Notes: a model not told the origin generated them from the letters alone. DNA of 64,000 nt from Eremomyces bilateralis CBS 781.70 (GCA_010015585.1 ML975152.1); one strand, 5' to 3'; counted from the stretch's first letter, positions 25,127 through 38,703 are shown. Translations and numbers: made by a program.

Positions 25127-25855
25127 TCATAATATGAAATCGCTGTCGCTGTTGACGGACGGAGCAATGTTCTTTTCCTGTGGCTGTTCTTCGTGTTGCA
25201 TTTCTTCCCGCAAGTCCCCGTGATGCATTGTTTCGGGAAGTCCTTGCGCCTTTGTCTGTTCTTCACCCTCGCCATTGCCCCCCATTGATACAGGCGTCGG
25301 AATTTCGTGCGTGGCGATATACTCTTTCACGGCACACGGCTCCCAGTCCATCGTGGGCGTCTTTGCCGCGATCATATCCGTAAGCGACAACAACCCTCCC
25401 TGGAGCGCCATGGCAGCCGACTCGATGGACGCCACCTCCCGCAAAACCGACCCGGTCGCCTCCTTCACCGCTGACGCATGCGCCAGCAGATCGCCGAGCT
25501 CCCGCCTGACGTGGAAGGCGACCCGCGCGTCGTTCACGATGCGCGCCGCTTCGGGGTCGAAGCCGGGTCGCACGTGGCGAGGCGGGCGGTGCGGGTCGCT
25601 GGGGGTTCCGCTGAGTGAGGTGCGTTTTGGTTTCTTAAGGCTATGGAGGCTGCCGACGCCGTGGTCGGACTTTGTGTTTTTGAGGGGGGAACGGAGTGGA
25701 GCGTCTGGTCGATGATGTCCGTATGGCGAGTCGGACATATGGCTGTCGATATCTGCATTGCTAGTGTCGCTCGGCCACGTGTTTCTTTGCGTCCTGTTCG
25801 GTTTTCGGGACCGGCGATTGCGGGCTCGTCGCTTTGAATTGCAGTTTCGAGGCAT
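25127..25855 (-). CDS. Hypothetical protein, 242 aa
   Basis: Single long ORF in a gene-sized gap; basic N-terminus and helical centre; no recognised motif. Confidence 0.45.
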   Translation of the reverse strand: MPRNCNSKRRARNRRSRKPNRTQRNTWPSDTSNADIDSHMSDSPYGHHRPDAPLRSPLKNTKSDHGVGSLHSLKKPKRTSLSGTPSDPHRPPRHVRPGFDPEAARIVNDARVAFHVRRELGDLLAHASAVKEATGSVLREVASIESAAMALQGGLLSLTDMIAAKTPTMDWEPCAVKEYIATHEIPTPVSMGGNGEGEEQTKAQGLPETMHHGDLREEMQHEEQPQEKNIAPSVNSDSDFIL

Positions 25856-26530
25856 GTTGTAGAAGGTATGGTGTGATGTGAAGTGTTGTTGGCGGTTACT
25901 GATTGAAGTATTTCCAATGGTGTATCCCTATCTAGAGTATATTTAGGTTGAGCTGTAACACAGTGGCAGTCTTATGGTGCGCTTTCTAGGCCGTTTCAGA
26001 CCATTCTAAGATGGTTCGGACAAGAGGATCGAATCGAGTAAGCATTGTTTAGGAAACGCCTCATATCGTTCGGATATCACACTTTAGCTTGTACTTCAGA
26101 CAAAGATCTGTGTTTAAACCAATACAATGCTTTCAGTCGGCCTTGTCTCGGTATCTATTAACTGGCATTATACTTACAATAAGAAGCCCTTTCGTAATAG
26201 CCAGCAAAAAGGTACTGGGCAGGACTAGAATCTTTTTACTGAATATCCACCATCAAATGTGTTGACGGAACCAGAATCGGAGCAGGCAATGCTACCGCCT
26301 GCCACCGACAGCACATCCTCAATCCATGGGAATGCAACTTAGCGAGTATGGCACGTAGTCTAGAGCATCTCAGATATATTGGCCCAACCCGCCAAATTGC
26401 ATGCCATGAATGGGATCCGCACTGTGTACGCTTCCACCAAAACCTCAACGGCGAAACCCCAACCGCGGTACGCAGTTCCATCTTTCCATAAGCCTCCAAC
26501 GCCAATTCAAGCAGCTGCACCATTGATATA

Positions 26531-28480
26531 TCACTTCGTCTTCGACTTCTTCTTGGGCCTCTCCTCAGCATCTGACTCCGCACCGGCCGAGGCGTCGTCC
26601 ATCTCCGCGTCACTCCCACTACTTTCATGCGCAGAGTCGTACTCCTCGGCCACGTCGGAGTCAGAATCGTCACGGAAGTCTTCGTCGATACTCTCATCGT
26701 CTTCATCGGCGCTTCCCCGGACGCCGTTCCCTGCATCATCGTCGCTGCTTTCTAGCTGATCCTTCAGTGCCGCAGCTAGGAGAGCGCCGGACTAGGTAGT
26801 GTTAGAACCGCAGGAGCCTGGGTGGTGAAAGGAACATACCTCTTCCGCCATCTCGTTGATGGTCTTCAACTTCTTCGCTCGGAAGAACTCTTCCAAGGGT
26901 CCTTGTTCCTCCCTATTGGAAGATATCAGCAGACGGGAATTTCCTATCACAGAATAGATAGCCCTTACCTATTGATGTTGCTGAACTGGTGCTCACCAGC
27001 CCCACCCTTCAATGTGACACTCATGTCAAACGTCCTACTAGCTGAGATCGCACCGCCAACTCTCGACATGGTGATGTTGGCAACATTATCGAAGGAGATG
27101 TAGGTGGCCGGCTTCGGAACAAACATGAAGCTCTTGTCGAGGCAGAAGAGGTGACCCTCGTTGGCTTTAATGGAGCACTTGACACCAGATTGCTGGTGAT
27201 GGCTTAAAAAGTCCTTCGACGGCATGGCAATCTTCTTGCCAGCCAAGCCGCGGAAGAGTTGGGCTACAACCGAGGAGATGGGAGCTTCGTAGTTGGCCCT
27301 CAGCTTTCCGTCGTATTTCGCGAGCTGTTCCTCCGTCATGTTGAGATCCAACGTCACTTCTTCGTCCCGTTTGAACTGCATGACAAGGAAAGGATACCGT
27401 GTCTGGCCTTGGCGAATCGGGGGATCCAGACCAATTGTGATGAGGGTATGGACATCGTCGGGTTTCGGGAGCATGAGGAATTTCTTAACCGACTCGTACT
27501 GAATCTTGTAATCGTACGTCTTGCCGCGTAATCTAAAGTCTTTCTCGTACATGTCGATGTCGAACCGTCCTCTGGGCTCGGTTAGACCTGTATCGCAAAC
27601 TTTTGAGTAGATAACTAACCTTGGCGTCAGATGCAAGACCTCCTTGAACGAGGCGTAATTGTCGCCCGAGATCTCCCCAATCTCCGCCTTCTCGATCAGG
27701 GTATTGTAGAAGACATTGGCAGCATTTTGCTCCTCCATCTCTTCGTCCTCGTCGCCTTTTTCTTCGTCTTCGTTCGTCTCCGCCTTCGGGGCGGTTCCAG
27801 GAATGTAAAAACGCATTTCCACCAGTTGATCTCTCGCCCCGCCAGCTTTCTGGCCTTTTGCGCGGGCCCCGGCGAGGTCACCATTCGTTTCGGCACCATC
27901 TCCAGGAAGCGAGAATTCGAGCGTGACCTCATTCTTGCCCGCGAGGTTGGTGTTCGATATTTCGGTGTATGGGATTTCGAAGGCGGGTCGACTTTGGACG
28001 TTGAACGCTAGCTCGGCCTTTCCAAATTCCGCTTTGCCCCAGTTCCAGCCTCGAACCGCGTGTTCTTTACTTTCGAGGTTGATACTGTACCATTGCTTGA
28101 ATGGCCGGCTCAGGCGATCGAAGTCCTACACAATTAGTATTTGCCTCCATCCATGTGCTGGGCTCCATACCTCTTGCTGGAATCCATCGAGCTGAATGAC
28201 GTCTCCATTCCTCGAGATCACTTTCACTTCGTGTCCGCGCGCCGCTTTGCTCCATTGAGCTTGGGTGATATCAGCGGCTTGCAATGTGAATGTATCGCCG
28301 CCGGCGGCGGGCTTCCAACCCAGACCGGAGTCAGCGAATCTGCATTTCCCTGGTTGTTTAGCGAGATCTAAGTAGATCCCGTCGAAGCTCTCCCTACATC
28401 ACAAATGTGTCAGTGTCATTGTATCCGGATGGTTTCGCTTGGAAAGGTGGGATTTGATATAGAGCCATGCAAACTTACAT
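26531..28480 (-). CDS. POB3: FACT complex subunit POB3/SSRP1
   Basis: ESFDGIYLDL...GLGWK, RGWNWGK, EMRFYIPG, TPRGRFDIDMY, RLRGKTYDYKI, PIRQGQTRYPFLV, VKCSIKANEG; acidic tail ending PKKKSKTK; 5 introns. Confidence 0.96.
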
Positions 28481-29085
28481 GCCTGCGGAGATGGAAAGCA
28501 GTAGAGCTGCTTATCGGCTATGTTACGGTCTCGGAATAGTCTGAAAATCGAAGATTCAAATAGTTCCGACTCTCGTGCAAAGATGGAAGTGAAGGAGACA
28601 CAATGGTGGGGGTTGGTAGGATTGATAGAGTGAGCTTATACGAACGCGTTCGATTCCACCATGGAGAGAAAACGCGCAGGGCGATGGAAGTGAACGTGAC
28701 AAGAGCTGATCAGATAAGATTAGATCTGAATGCCTCGTTGCCTTGGTGCCTGGGAATTTTCATGCCCCAGGCAACAAGATATTTAGCGTTATCCCGGCTC
28801 CGATGAGCCAATAAGCGAATCATGCCGATAGCGGCAGACCCTGACGTTTACGACTCCATCCTTAATGCCCCGATTATTCAGTGAGGAGTGAATACTATTT
28901 CGGGGATTCTGTCGTCTCCCATAAGCTTGCTTGCCTTTTGATTAGTATGAATTTCGTGATATAATCTGCCCCTACACTCCTTTTTGATCTTTTACTTGGC
29001 AAATGCGCTGATCAATTGATATCTTGAGCTGCTCGCACCGCATTCGCCGCTACGGTCCTGCTCCAACCCGTTCGCGATCCTTATC

Positions 29086-30226
29086 ATGTCTACGACTGCT
29101 GGGTATGGAATGCGTCGCAACATCTACGTCTTCATATGGTTAACCAGTGCATAGCGCTTTTGTAGCAGGCGGTATAGCTGCGTGCGGTGCGGTCACAGTC
29201 ACCCATGGCTTCGAAACCGTGAAGATCCGGTACGGCCCTCCGCAACATGATTCGGCGCGATGACGCTGACGTCCTCCAGACTACAGCTCCAAGGAGAATT
29301 ACAATCGAAACAAGAAGCGAAGCGATTATACAAAGGCGTGCTCCATGGCTATAGCGTTATCGTGAAGAATGAAGGCGTACGCGGACTATTGCGCGGACTC
29401 AGTTGTGCTGTGAGTACTTGACGGGGATGCGCGGAACATGAGTTGACTGGAACCAAATAGTATATTTATCAAATCGCCTTGAATGGCTGTCGTCTTGGTT
29501 TCTACGAGCCTATTCGGGCCTCGGTGGCCGGCGCCATCTACAAAGACCCGACCGTCCAGTCCATTGGAGTCAATATCTTCTCTGGCGCATCGTCTGGCAT
29601 CCTCGGAGCTATGGCAGGCTCGCCGTTCTTCCTTGTCAAGACGCGCCTGCAATCCTATTCTCCCTTTCTCCCCGTCGGAACACAACATCAATACCGAAGT
29701 CCTTGGGACGGACTGGGAAAGATCTATTCCTCGGAGGGCTTTAAAGGATTGTACAGAGGCGTGGGTCCCGCGATGATCCGGACCGGCTTTGGTTCGTCGG
29801 TGCAGTTACCGACTTATTTTCTAGCGAAGCGAACGTTGATGAAGCATTTCGGCGTTCAAGACGGAACTCCCCTGCATCTGGCGTCGTCGACCGCAAGCGG
29901 CTTCGTGGTGTGTTGCGTCATGCATCCTCCCGACACCGTGATGAGCAGGATGTACAACCAGACCGGAAACCTGTATTCGAGTGCATTCGACTGCTTATAC
30001 CGAACGGTCAAAACCGAGGGATTGCTTGCGGTGTACAAGGGATATTTCGCCCATTTGGCTCGGATTCTCCCACATACGGTGCGTTTCCTCACCCATTAGA
30101 AGTTGATGGACGGCAAAGATTGACGTGACATAGATCCTCACCCTCACTCTGGCCGAGCAGACGAACAAGTTGATGAGAAAATTCGAGGACCAAGTATTAC
30201 CGAGCAGAAGGAAGGAGAACCTGTAA
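29086..30226 (+). CDS. OAC1: Mitochondrial oxaloacetate/sulfate carrier
   Basis: AFVAGGIAACGAVTVTHGFETVKIRLQLQGEL, LNGCRLGFYEP, SPFFLVKTRLQSYS, RTGFGSSVQLPTY, ARILPHTILTL; 4 introns. Confidence 0.93.
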
Positions 30227-30917
30227 GCGACGATGTCTGGAGAATAGTGCGTTGAGTTTGATCGTGGCATTGGTTGGCCGTTTCTATTAGAAGCCTTGCT
30301 CAGCCGGAACAGCATTGCATGCGGCGAATGGTTCGGATTCTAGACCTGGGAGCATTTTGGGATCTGTTTGTATGTATCGGATGGAGAGTCACGTGAGTGG
30401 TAGATTGTTGGGTGTTGGACGATTGGGCTTCATCCGTTCAGGAGACATCCCAATTCCAATTATTCTCAACTAGGATCGCATGACCGATCCTTTCATGACT
30501 TCTGCAACAAATCTGCTTCATGGCGCAGCGGGCTGGAACGGACAGCGATTCCGATTTTCCCTGAGGCGGGCGGCTACAAACCACTGCGAGCCATTCCCAG
30601 GGAGACGTTCGTGTTCTGCTAACCGCCGAGCGATGCTGCGATCCAATTGTTTACAATCCACTGCTTCCCCCATCCAACATCCATCCCTCTCGCTAGATTT
30701 CGTTCTCGCATCCTTTTGGCTATTGCCCCTTTTGCCTGGCGCTAACCTGCAGGAACCCTTCTTGTAAGGCTGATTGGAATGGCCGTGAATGACGACAGCC
30801 AGGCTTGGTTGTCAGGTTACCTTTTGGATAACGGCGCGTGCTCTCCCCATCGCGGTACCTACCGGATTACCGCTGTGATATGGGTCTACATAACTGTGAA
30901 GGGCGCCTTCCGCGTCC

Positions 30918-33702
30918 ATGGTGAGTCTCGATGAGTTGTATGGGCGTTAGATGTAACACTTTTCATTTCCTTCCTGTCTTGTTCTCCGAGTCCAATCGTT
31001 TTATGAGCGATCGACATTTGCGTTGTATCCATGATTGTTCACGGCCTTCAGTTCGATCTGTATAACAGTTGATGCATTCATGTAAGTCGGATATCTGCCT
31101 TACTACCCGCTGGCTTGTCCCTTCGGTACGGTCATCAAGGCGGAGCTTGCATACTAACATTGCGTAGCTACACAGGATGCATCTGTCCGGGTATGGACGC
31201 ATCACCCTCCTAGCCGCCTCGATAGCATTCGCTTTGCCCCAAGAAGATCAAGAATCAACCGTTGTAGTTCCTCCGTCACTCGAGACGATTCTGCCCGACT
31301 GCGCGAGACCATGTCTGGTCGACTTTTTGCGGCGAGAATATCAAGGTGTTGGCTGCACGGGGACCGGAGACATCGATTGCTTCTGCGTACATTATAGCAA
31401 TGGCGGCTACACTCTAGGAGAAGGGGGATATGCCTGCATGACAGCGGCTTGTCCAGAGGACATGTCCAATGCCACGTTGGTATATAATATATGTACAGGA
31501 CGAGGGAACGCCGTCGTACCAGTTCACGGGACATTGACAATCACTACTCAGCCGACTCCAACACCTACCATGCCTCCACCATCGACCTCGTCGATCTCCT
31601 CACAGAATCCTTCATCGGACCCCTCAAGTACTTCCACCCTCACTCTATCGCAATCCACTCTATCCGCATCTCAAACCTCTGCTACTGAACCAGGAGCTCT
31701 GTCGACGGCCCAAATCATTGGGATCTCCTTAGCATGCGTTGGGGTCATAGTTGTGTCCATCACGATTGTTATCGCCGTTGCCTGTTGCCGCAGACGCAAA
31801 GCCGAATCCAAGGCACTCGATGAAAAATCCTCGCCGAGATATCACTCCGATGAGCGGCCAAAGCAACTAGCCGTGCAATATGTTCCTGTTGCAAGGTATG
31901 CTCGTGATCCTCGTGGAGGGCTAGGAGGAGTGGGTATCACGACGATGGCTCCCAACCAACCATCCAAGGGGGTGAGCAGCGAGAAACCCAATCAAGCTTG
32001 GCCAGCCTACTATGCGGTTCAACCCGAGGATATCGGCGTTGCCATCAGCCCGGAATCAGAAGCAGAGAAGAGGAAAATAGCAGAAAGCAAAGGCATGCAT
32101 ACTGAACCTCCCAGAGCTGCAGTCACTCCTCGAAAACCCGCAATACGTCCATCACAAGTCCCCGAAAGGAACGATAGCTTGCATTCGAGTTACCCGTATG
32201 AGACCCCACTCAACACAGACGGAGGAGTCGGGATTGGGATGTCCAGCAATAGCGAGGAGCCTATGCAAAGGCAGAGTGATGCCAATCTGATCAGGAGACC
32301 GTTCACGTACGAGCAGTCATATATGGCAGCGCCTACAGTTGCCAGTGCAGCTGTACCTGGTGCATTGAACGACATGGCTCAGCAACACGGTGCACGAAAT
32401 ATCAACGGTGTTCCGATTCTGCAAATGCCACAGCCTCCTAACCGAGCTGTGCTGTCTCAGCCGTCCTCCGAAAGTGGGCTTTATGGATTTCCACATCCTC
32501 CAGCTCTGACGCCAGTGTGCGACAATGGCCCCCAACAGCAAATTCCCCGAGAGACGGAATCTCAGAATACCTGGCCTACGCAAACTTACGTCTCATTAAT
32601 GCCGTACAAGAGCGGACAGAATCGACCGGAGAGTACTCAGACCGTGTTTGAGGAGGACAGCCCATCGTGGCGTTTCTCCCGACAATCTAGGCAGCTCCGA
32701 TCACCCAACCGATCAGTACACGGATTAGGATCGCAGCCAGAGGTAAACGAGGTGTCGCCAGTGTCATCAACTGTCTCTTCTCAATGGCGACGTCGCGACC
32801 TACGGCCTCCTCCACTTCGAATTCCACAGCAATACGAGCGGCACCCGCCACTCCGGATCCTTCTAAACCAAATCGATCCAGCGGGGGCCCGACCGGAAGA
32901 GTTCTCGGCTCCTTCAAGGTCGACACCCAAGAAGCCGACTTCAGGAGAAGTGACTCCGATCCTATTGGATGCACTGGATGCCATTCCTGAAGATGCACAG
33001 CACAGTTCCGCCAACTCGACGCTAAGCGGGCAGCCATCCATCGCATCCACCCCGAACCGGGACTTTCCAAAAACCGATCGGTACTCAACGGCCTCTGCGA
33101 CATCCATCGACACCAACGAGTCGGACGATCCGACGCCTCCAGAGGACGCGACCAAAAAGCTGTCTCCCGTGGAGGAGTCGCCGCTCAGTGCCGAGTCCCC
33201 AATTCACGGACTACGGTATCCCCGCGTCCCACGGGCATCCAACCAAGCCGTGGCGCGATCACCGCGGAGCCCCAAGGGCCAGACGGAGGGCGTGACGGGC
33301 TCTCCGACCAGCTGGGGACGACCATCACCCAAGCACGAGCCCGACTTCCAGATCGTAAATCCAGGCACGTCAAGAACCCCGCCAATTACACTCGAAATCA
33401 GACAGGAATCTTCACCACCATATCATCACCGAGCCGGCACCCTGGGCTCCCCATACCGGACTCCCCCTCGGAATGCCGACGCCAGTAATAAAACCCAGAA
33501 GCCGCAACAGGCAGCGTCCGGCCGCCGATCCAGTCGATCAGAGCCCGAACAGCAGTGGGCGGCGCCGTCGGGTCGCTCCCCAGCGGGCCCGGCACGCCCA
33601 TCGCCACGAACACCGCCCGGAATGGCGGGATTCCCAACGACTCCGATGCCTAAATTGACGCCGACGCGACGTGGGGACGAGCTCTACTTGAGCGTGACTT
33701 AG
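30918..33702 (+). CDS. CFEM-domain single-pass membrane protein with long Pro/Ser-rich cytoplasmic tail
   Basis: Signal peptide, Cys-rich LPDCARPCL...C...DIDCFC...ACMTAAC...C, S/T stalk, TM followed by CRRRK. ATG 30918 plus intron 30921-31167 adds LHR in frame to ATG 31177. Confidence 0.8.
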
Positions 33703-34463
33703 AGGTGGGGTACCGCTGCGATAGCCTTGTATAAGTACGTAGAACGCATTCATCCTTTTGCGCCTGGGCATTTTCTTTTGTTTCGCTGCCTTTCTCCGGC
33801 GGTCATTTTCTGGGGACAGGGATTGTATCACTAGCGACGCGACGGGCTTGGTCAACATTCGTTTTTAGGCGCGGAAGATACCCTAGGTCCCTAGCCTAGA
33901 GAGGATTGGATTGATTGCCGCATTATTTGGAGCATCGGGACGAAATGGAAGAATAGACAAGACAAACAACATGAAGCTCTTTTGGCATTCAGCCAGTTCC
34001 CATGACCCCAATGATCCGACTGATTTTCGATGCCGAATTGACAATTGGCGGTGGATTGACTGATTCAGAAGCTCCTAAGCAACTGCAGGTGCTTAGTGAT
34101 GTGATGTAATATTCCGACTGGATCAAGATGATCGGGGTCCATGATCAGGACCAATATGGGATGATTATCTCACCCCACGTCAGGATGAAATTGGGCTCGC
34201 CTCACCCCTCCTCCCCCCAGTGCCACCATCTGCCCCCAAAAGTCCTGTAAATACTCAACACTCAACACTCGTGAGTTTTTTCCAGGACCCTGTCGCTTTT
34301 CTGAGATATTTGCGTCACCGCTTCCCTCCCCTCATATCCCCCCCCCTTCCCCCCCTCTACCTTCTCTCTGGACCTTTCCATTTACTTCCCACCATTATCA
34401 TCCAAACCTCTTCCTCCTACTCACTCTTCCTTCACTTAAACGTACTCCATCACCACCGCAATC

Positions 34464-37115
34464 ATGGGTTACGACAAGACTGACGAGCTCTGCATCAACA
34501 CCATCCGGACCCTCGCCGTGAGTTACCCCCCATATCCCCCCACCTTCGTCACTGGTCGAAGTGATTTTTGCCCGATCTCGCTCTACACACACCGTCCACC
34601 TCGTTTGATCGTAGAGACGAACCTCAATTGCTAACCGCGATGCCTTTGTTCAGGTCGATGCCACCTTCCAGGCCAATTCAGGCCATCCGGGCGCCCCGAT
34701 GGGCATGGCTCCGGTGGCCCACGTCCTGTTCAACAAATTCATGACCTTCAACCCCAAAAATCCCGACTGGGTGAACCGCGATCGTTTCGTTCTCTCGTAC
34801 GTTGTGGCCCCATTTCCTTTTCCCCCATTTCCTATCCATCTCCGGTGCTGGGAGGACGGGTGGAGCGTGCGGGACCACCGCGGAGGAGCTGTCTCCGTCG
34901 CATTTTGAAGCTGCAGAATCTCCGCGGGCGTTCACAACGGCTCCACTTTCGCATGTCGGTTTTGCTTTTGCAATGGCGGCTTGATTGGTCGCATGCGAGC
35001 CTAGGCAGCTTCGCGACGATCATCGTGACCTCTTATCTTTGCATTTTTGGAGATGTGAGCCGCTTCGTTAACAGATATCGCACAGAAACGGTCACGGCTG
35101 CATGCTTCAGTATGCGCTGCTCCACCTGTTCGGCTATGGTGTCAGCATTAACGACTTGAAGAACTTCCGAGTAAGTTCTGGGCGCGATTAAGCGGAGAAA
35201 CCTTCCACAGAAAAGGGTCTAATGAGATTATAGCAAGTCGACAGCATCACTCCCGGCCATCCAGAGGCACATGACACCCCGGGTGTTGAAGTGACCACTG
35301 GTCCCCTTGGTCAAGGCTTCGGGAACGCCGTTGGCCTCGCCATTGCCCAACAGCATACCGCGGCCGTGTTCAACAAGCCCGGTTTCGATCTCATCACCAA
35401 CCACACCTATGTTTTCTTCGGCGATGGATGTGCTATGGAGGGTGTTTCCAGCGAGGCTGCCAGCATGGCGGGTCATTTGCAGCTGGGCAACTTGATTGCC
35501 ATCTATGACGACAACCACATCTCCATCGGTTAGTAGTCTCGTTCACAAGGATTCCAGTATGCGTACTGACCACCCTTGACAGATGGCGACACTGCTTGCG
35601 CCTTCACGGAGGACGTCCTGAAGCGATTTGAAGCCTACGGCTGGCACACACTGACGGTCGAGAAGGGTGATACTGATTACCAGGGTATCGAGGAGGCAAT
35701 CCGCCAGGCCAAGGCAGTCACGGACAAGCCTTCCGTCATCAAGCTGAGGACCACGATTGGGTTCGGCTCCAAGCTCGAGGGCACTGGTGGCGTGCACGGC
35801 AATCCCTTGAAGGCCGATGATGCTAAGCAGGTGAAGCAGAAGTTCGGGTTCAATCCGGACGAGATGTTCGTCGTTCCCCAGGAGGTCTACGACAGGTATA
35901 ACAAGCACGCTGCTGAGGGTGCTGCCGCCGAAGAGGAGTGGAAGGCGTTGTTCGCGAAGTACGGACAGGAACACAAGGATCTCCACACCGATTTCGCACG
36001 CCGCTTGACCGGAGACCTCCCGGAGGGATGGCAAACCAAGCTCCCCGTCTACAAGCCCAGCGATGCCCCCGTTGCGTCCCGAAAGCTTTCCGAGGCGGTC
36101 CTGGAAGCCATCCACGACACCGTCCCTGAGCTGCTCTCCGGTTCAGCCGATTTGACTGGATCGAACAACACACGGTGGAAGAACGCCGTCGACTTCCAGC
36201 CTCCAAGCACCAAGCTGGGCGACTGGAGCGGTCGGTATCTGCGGTACGGTGTGCGCGAGCATGCCATGGCCGCGGCGATGAATGGACTGGCGGCATACGG
36301 CACCATCATCCCTGCTGCCGGTACTTTCCTGAACTTCGTTTCGTACGCCGCCGGTGCCGTCCGTCTGTCGGCTCTTTCCCACCGCCGCGTCATCTACATC
36401 GCCACCCACGACTCGATCGGTCTGGGAGAGGACGGCCCGACCCATCAACCCATCGAGACGCTCGCTCACTTCCGAGCCCTCCCCAACATGATGGTGTGGC
36501 GTCCGGCGGACGGCAACGAGACCAGCGCCGCATACTACATGGCGTTGACCAGCAAGGGCACCCCCAGCATCATCGCCCTGACCCGCCAAAACCTGCCGCA
36601 TCTCGAGAACTCGACCATCGAAGGTGCCAGCAAGGGCGGTTACGTCCTCAAGGAGGACAAAGACGCCGCCATCACCCTGGTCTCCACTGGCTCGGAGGTG
36701 TCCATCTGCATGGAGACCGTCAAGTTCCTCGCCGAGAAGGGCGTCAAGTCCCGCGTCGTGTCCATGCCCTGCACGGAGATCTTCGACGCGCAGCCGAAGG
36801 AGTACAAGATCAGCGTCATCCGCGCCGGCATCCCGGCGTTGAGCGTCGAGGTCATGAGCACCCTGGGCTGGGAGAAGTACAGCCACGAGCAGTTCGGACT
36901 GAACCGGTTCGGCGCCAGTGGACCGTACAAGCAGGTTTACGAGGTATGTTCCAGAATAGACGACCTGAGGGACTCTTACCATGTACTGACTTGACTAGAA
37001 ATTCGAGTTCACGCCCGCGGGTATCGCGAAGCGTGCGCTTGCGACTATTGAGTTCTACAAGGATGTCAAGCCGCTCCGCTCTCCGGTCGACCGGGCTTTC
37101 CAGCAGCTGATATAA
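34464..37115 (+). CDS. TKL1: Transketolase
   Basis: [68 protein letters not shown]. Introns 34518-34653, 34797-35085, 35171-35233, 35529-35582, 36944-36998. Confidence 0.97.
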
Positions 37116-37386
37116 GATAGACGTTAGCTGGGTGCTGTGACGAAATACAGGTACTGTGCGTAGCCGCCAAGGCGAGGGGGATGAATGATATTTGTTCATC
37201 GGAAAATGCTGCAGCAGGACGTAGGGTGAAATTCCCATGCCCTCGACTAATACGCCGGTCGTTCCGGGCGATCAACATACGTGAATAGAGTTGATATGTT
37301 ACAATCAAAATGTTCGTTCTCGATCCCTCGCTCCTGTAGGCCCTCTATAAACCCGTGCACTTCGTCTCACACCCCCACCCAGCCCT

Positions 37387-37886
37387 TTATTTATCCGTCT
37401 CATCATCCCCCACCCCCAACGCCACCAAAAACCGACTCACGCAATTATATGCCGCCACCACCGCCGTCACTTCCACCACCTCCCGCTCCTCACACAGCCC
37501 CTGCAACCCCTCGAACACCTCCTGCGGCACCGCCACGCTCTTCGTCATCGCATCCGTATACCGAAACACCGCCCTCAGCTTCGCATCCGGCAGCTCGGCC
37601 TCCCCTGGCACGACGAACGCGTCTAGCCGCAGCACGGCCTCGAGCGTCTCCTTCGGGGTGTCCGGCAGCGCGTCGGTCAGGAGGGGGAAGTGGTGCCCGT
37701 ATTCGTAGTCCGCGCCGTTGAGGATCGCGATGCGGCAGATGGCGAGCTCGCGGGGGGCGGCAGCGAGCGAGGTGGTTTGCGTGCGGATGGCGCCCATGAA
37801 GGAGTTCCTGTAGTCAGGAAAGGAGGCGTCGTTAGTTGGGATTCATGTGGGGGGTGGGGGGACGTACCAGCCATCGGCGACGGGGG
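37387..37886 (-). CDS. Carboxymuconolactone decarboxylase/AhpD-like protein, 5' part lost in the N gap
   Basis: PVADGW|NSFMGAIRT...RELAICRIAILNGADYEYGHH...YTDAMT...EVTAVVAAYNCVSRFLVAL; intron at about 37809-37867. Confidence 0.8.
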
Positions 37887-38701
37887 NNNNNNNNNNNNNN
37901 NNNNNNNNNNNNNNNNNNNNNNNNNNNNNNNNNNNNNNNNNNNNNNNNNNNNNNNNNNNNNNNNNNNNNNNNNNNNNNNNNNNNNNNNNNNNNNNNNNNN
38001 NNNNNNNNNNNNNNNNNNNNNNNNNNNNNNNNNNNNNNNNNNNNNNNNNNNNNNNNNNNNNNNNNNNNNNNNNNNNNNNNNNNNNNNNNNNNNNNNNNNN
38101 NNNNNNNNNNNNNNNNNNNNNNNNNNNNNNNNNNNNNNNNNNNNNNNNNNNNNNNNNNNNNNNNNNNNNNNNNNNNNNNNNNNNNNNNNNNNNNNNNNNN
38201 NNNNNNNNNNNNNNNNNNNNNNNNNNNNNNNNNNNNNNNNNNNNNNNNNNNNNNNNNNNNNNNNNNNNNNNNNNNNNNNNNNNNNNNNNNNNNNNNNNNN
38301 NNNNNNNNNNNNNNNNNNNNNNNNNNNNNNNNNNNNNNNNNNNNNNNNNNNNNNNNNNNNNNNNNNNNNNNNNNNNNNNNNNNNNNNNNNNNNNNNNNNN
38401 NNNNNNNNNNNNNNNNNNNNNNNNNNNNNNNNNNNNNNNNNNNNNNNNNNNNNNNNNNNNNNNNNNNNNNNNNNNNNNNNNNNNNNNNNNNNNNNNNNNN
38501 NNNNNNNNNNNNNNNNNNNNNNNNNNNNNNNNNNNNNNNNNNNNNNNNNNNNNNNNNNNNNNNNNNNNNNNNNNNNNNNNNNNNNNNNNNNNNNNNNNNN
38601 NNNNNNNNNNNNNNNNNNNNNNNNNNNNNNNNNNNNNNNNNNNNNNNNNNNNNNNNNNNNNNNNNNNNNNNNNNNNNNNNNNNNNNNNNNNNNNNNNNNN
38701 N
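37887..38701. other. Assembly gap (815 N)
   Basis: Run of N. Confidence 1.
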
Positions 38702-38703
38702 TA

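Noticed and set aside
34797..35085. Canonical TPP riboswitch in the TKL1 intron
   Set aside because: The conserved CUGAGA core was not found.
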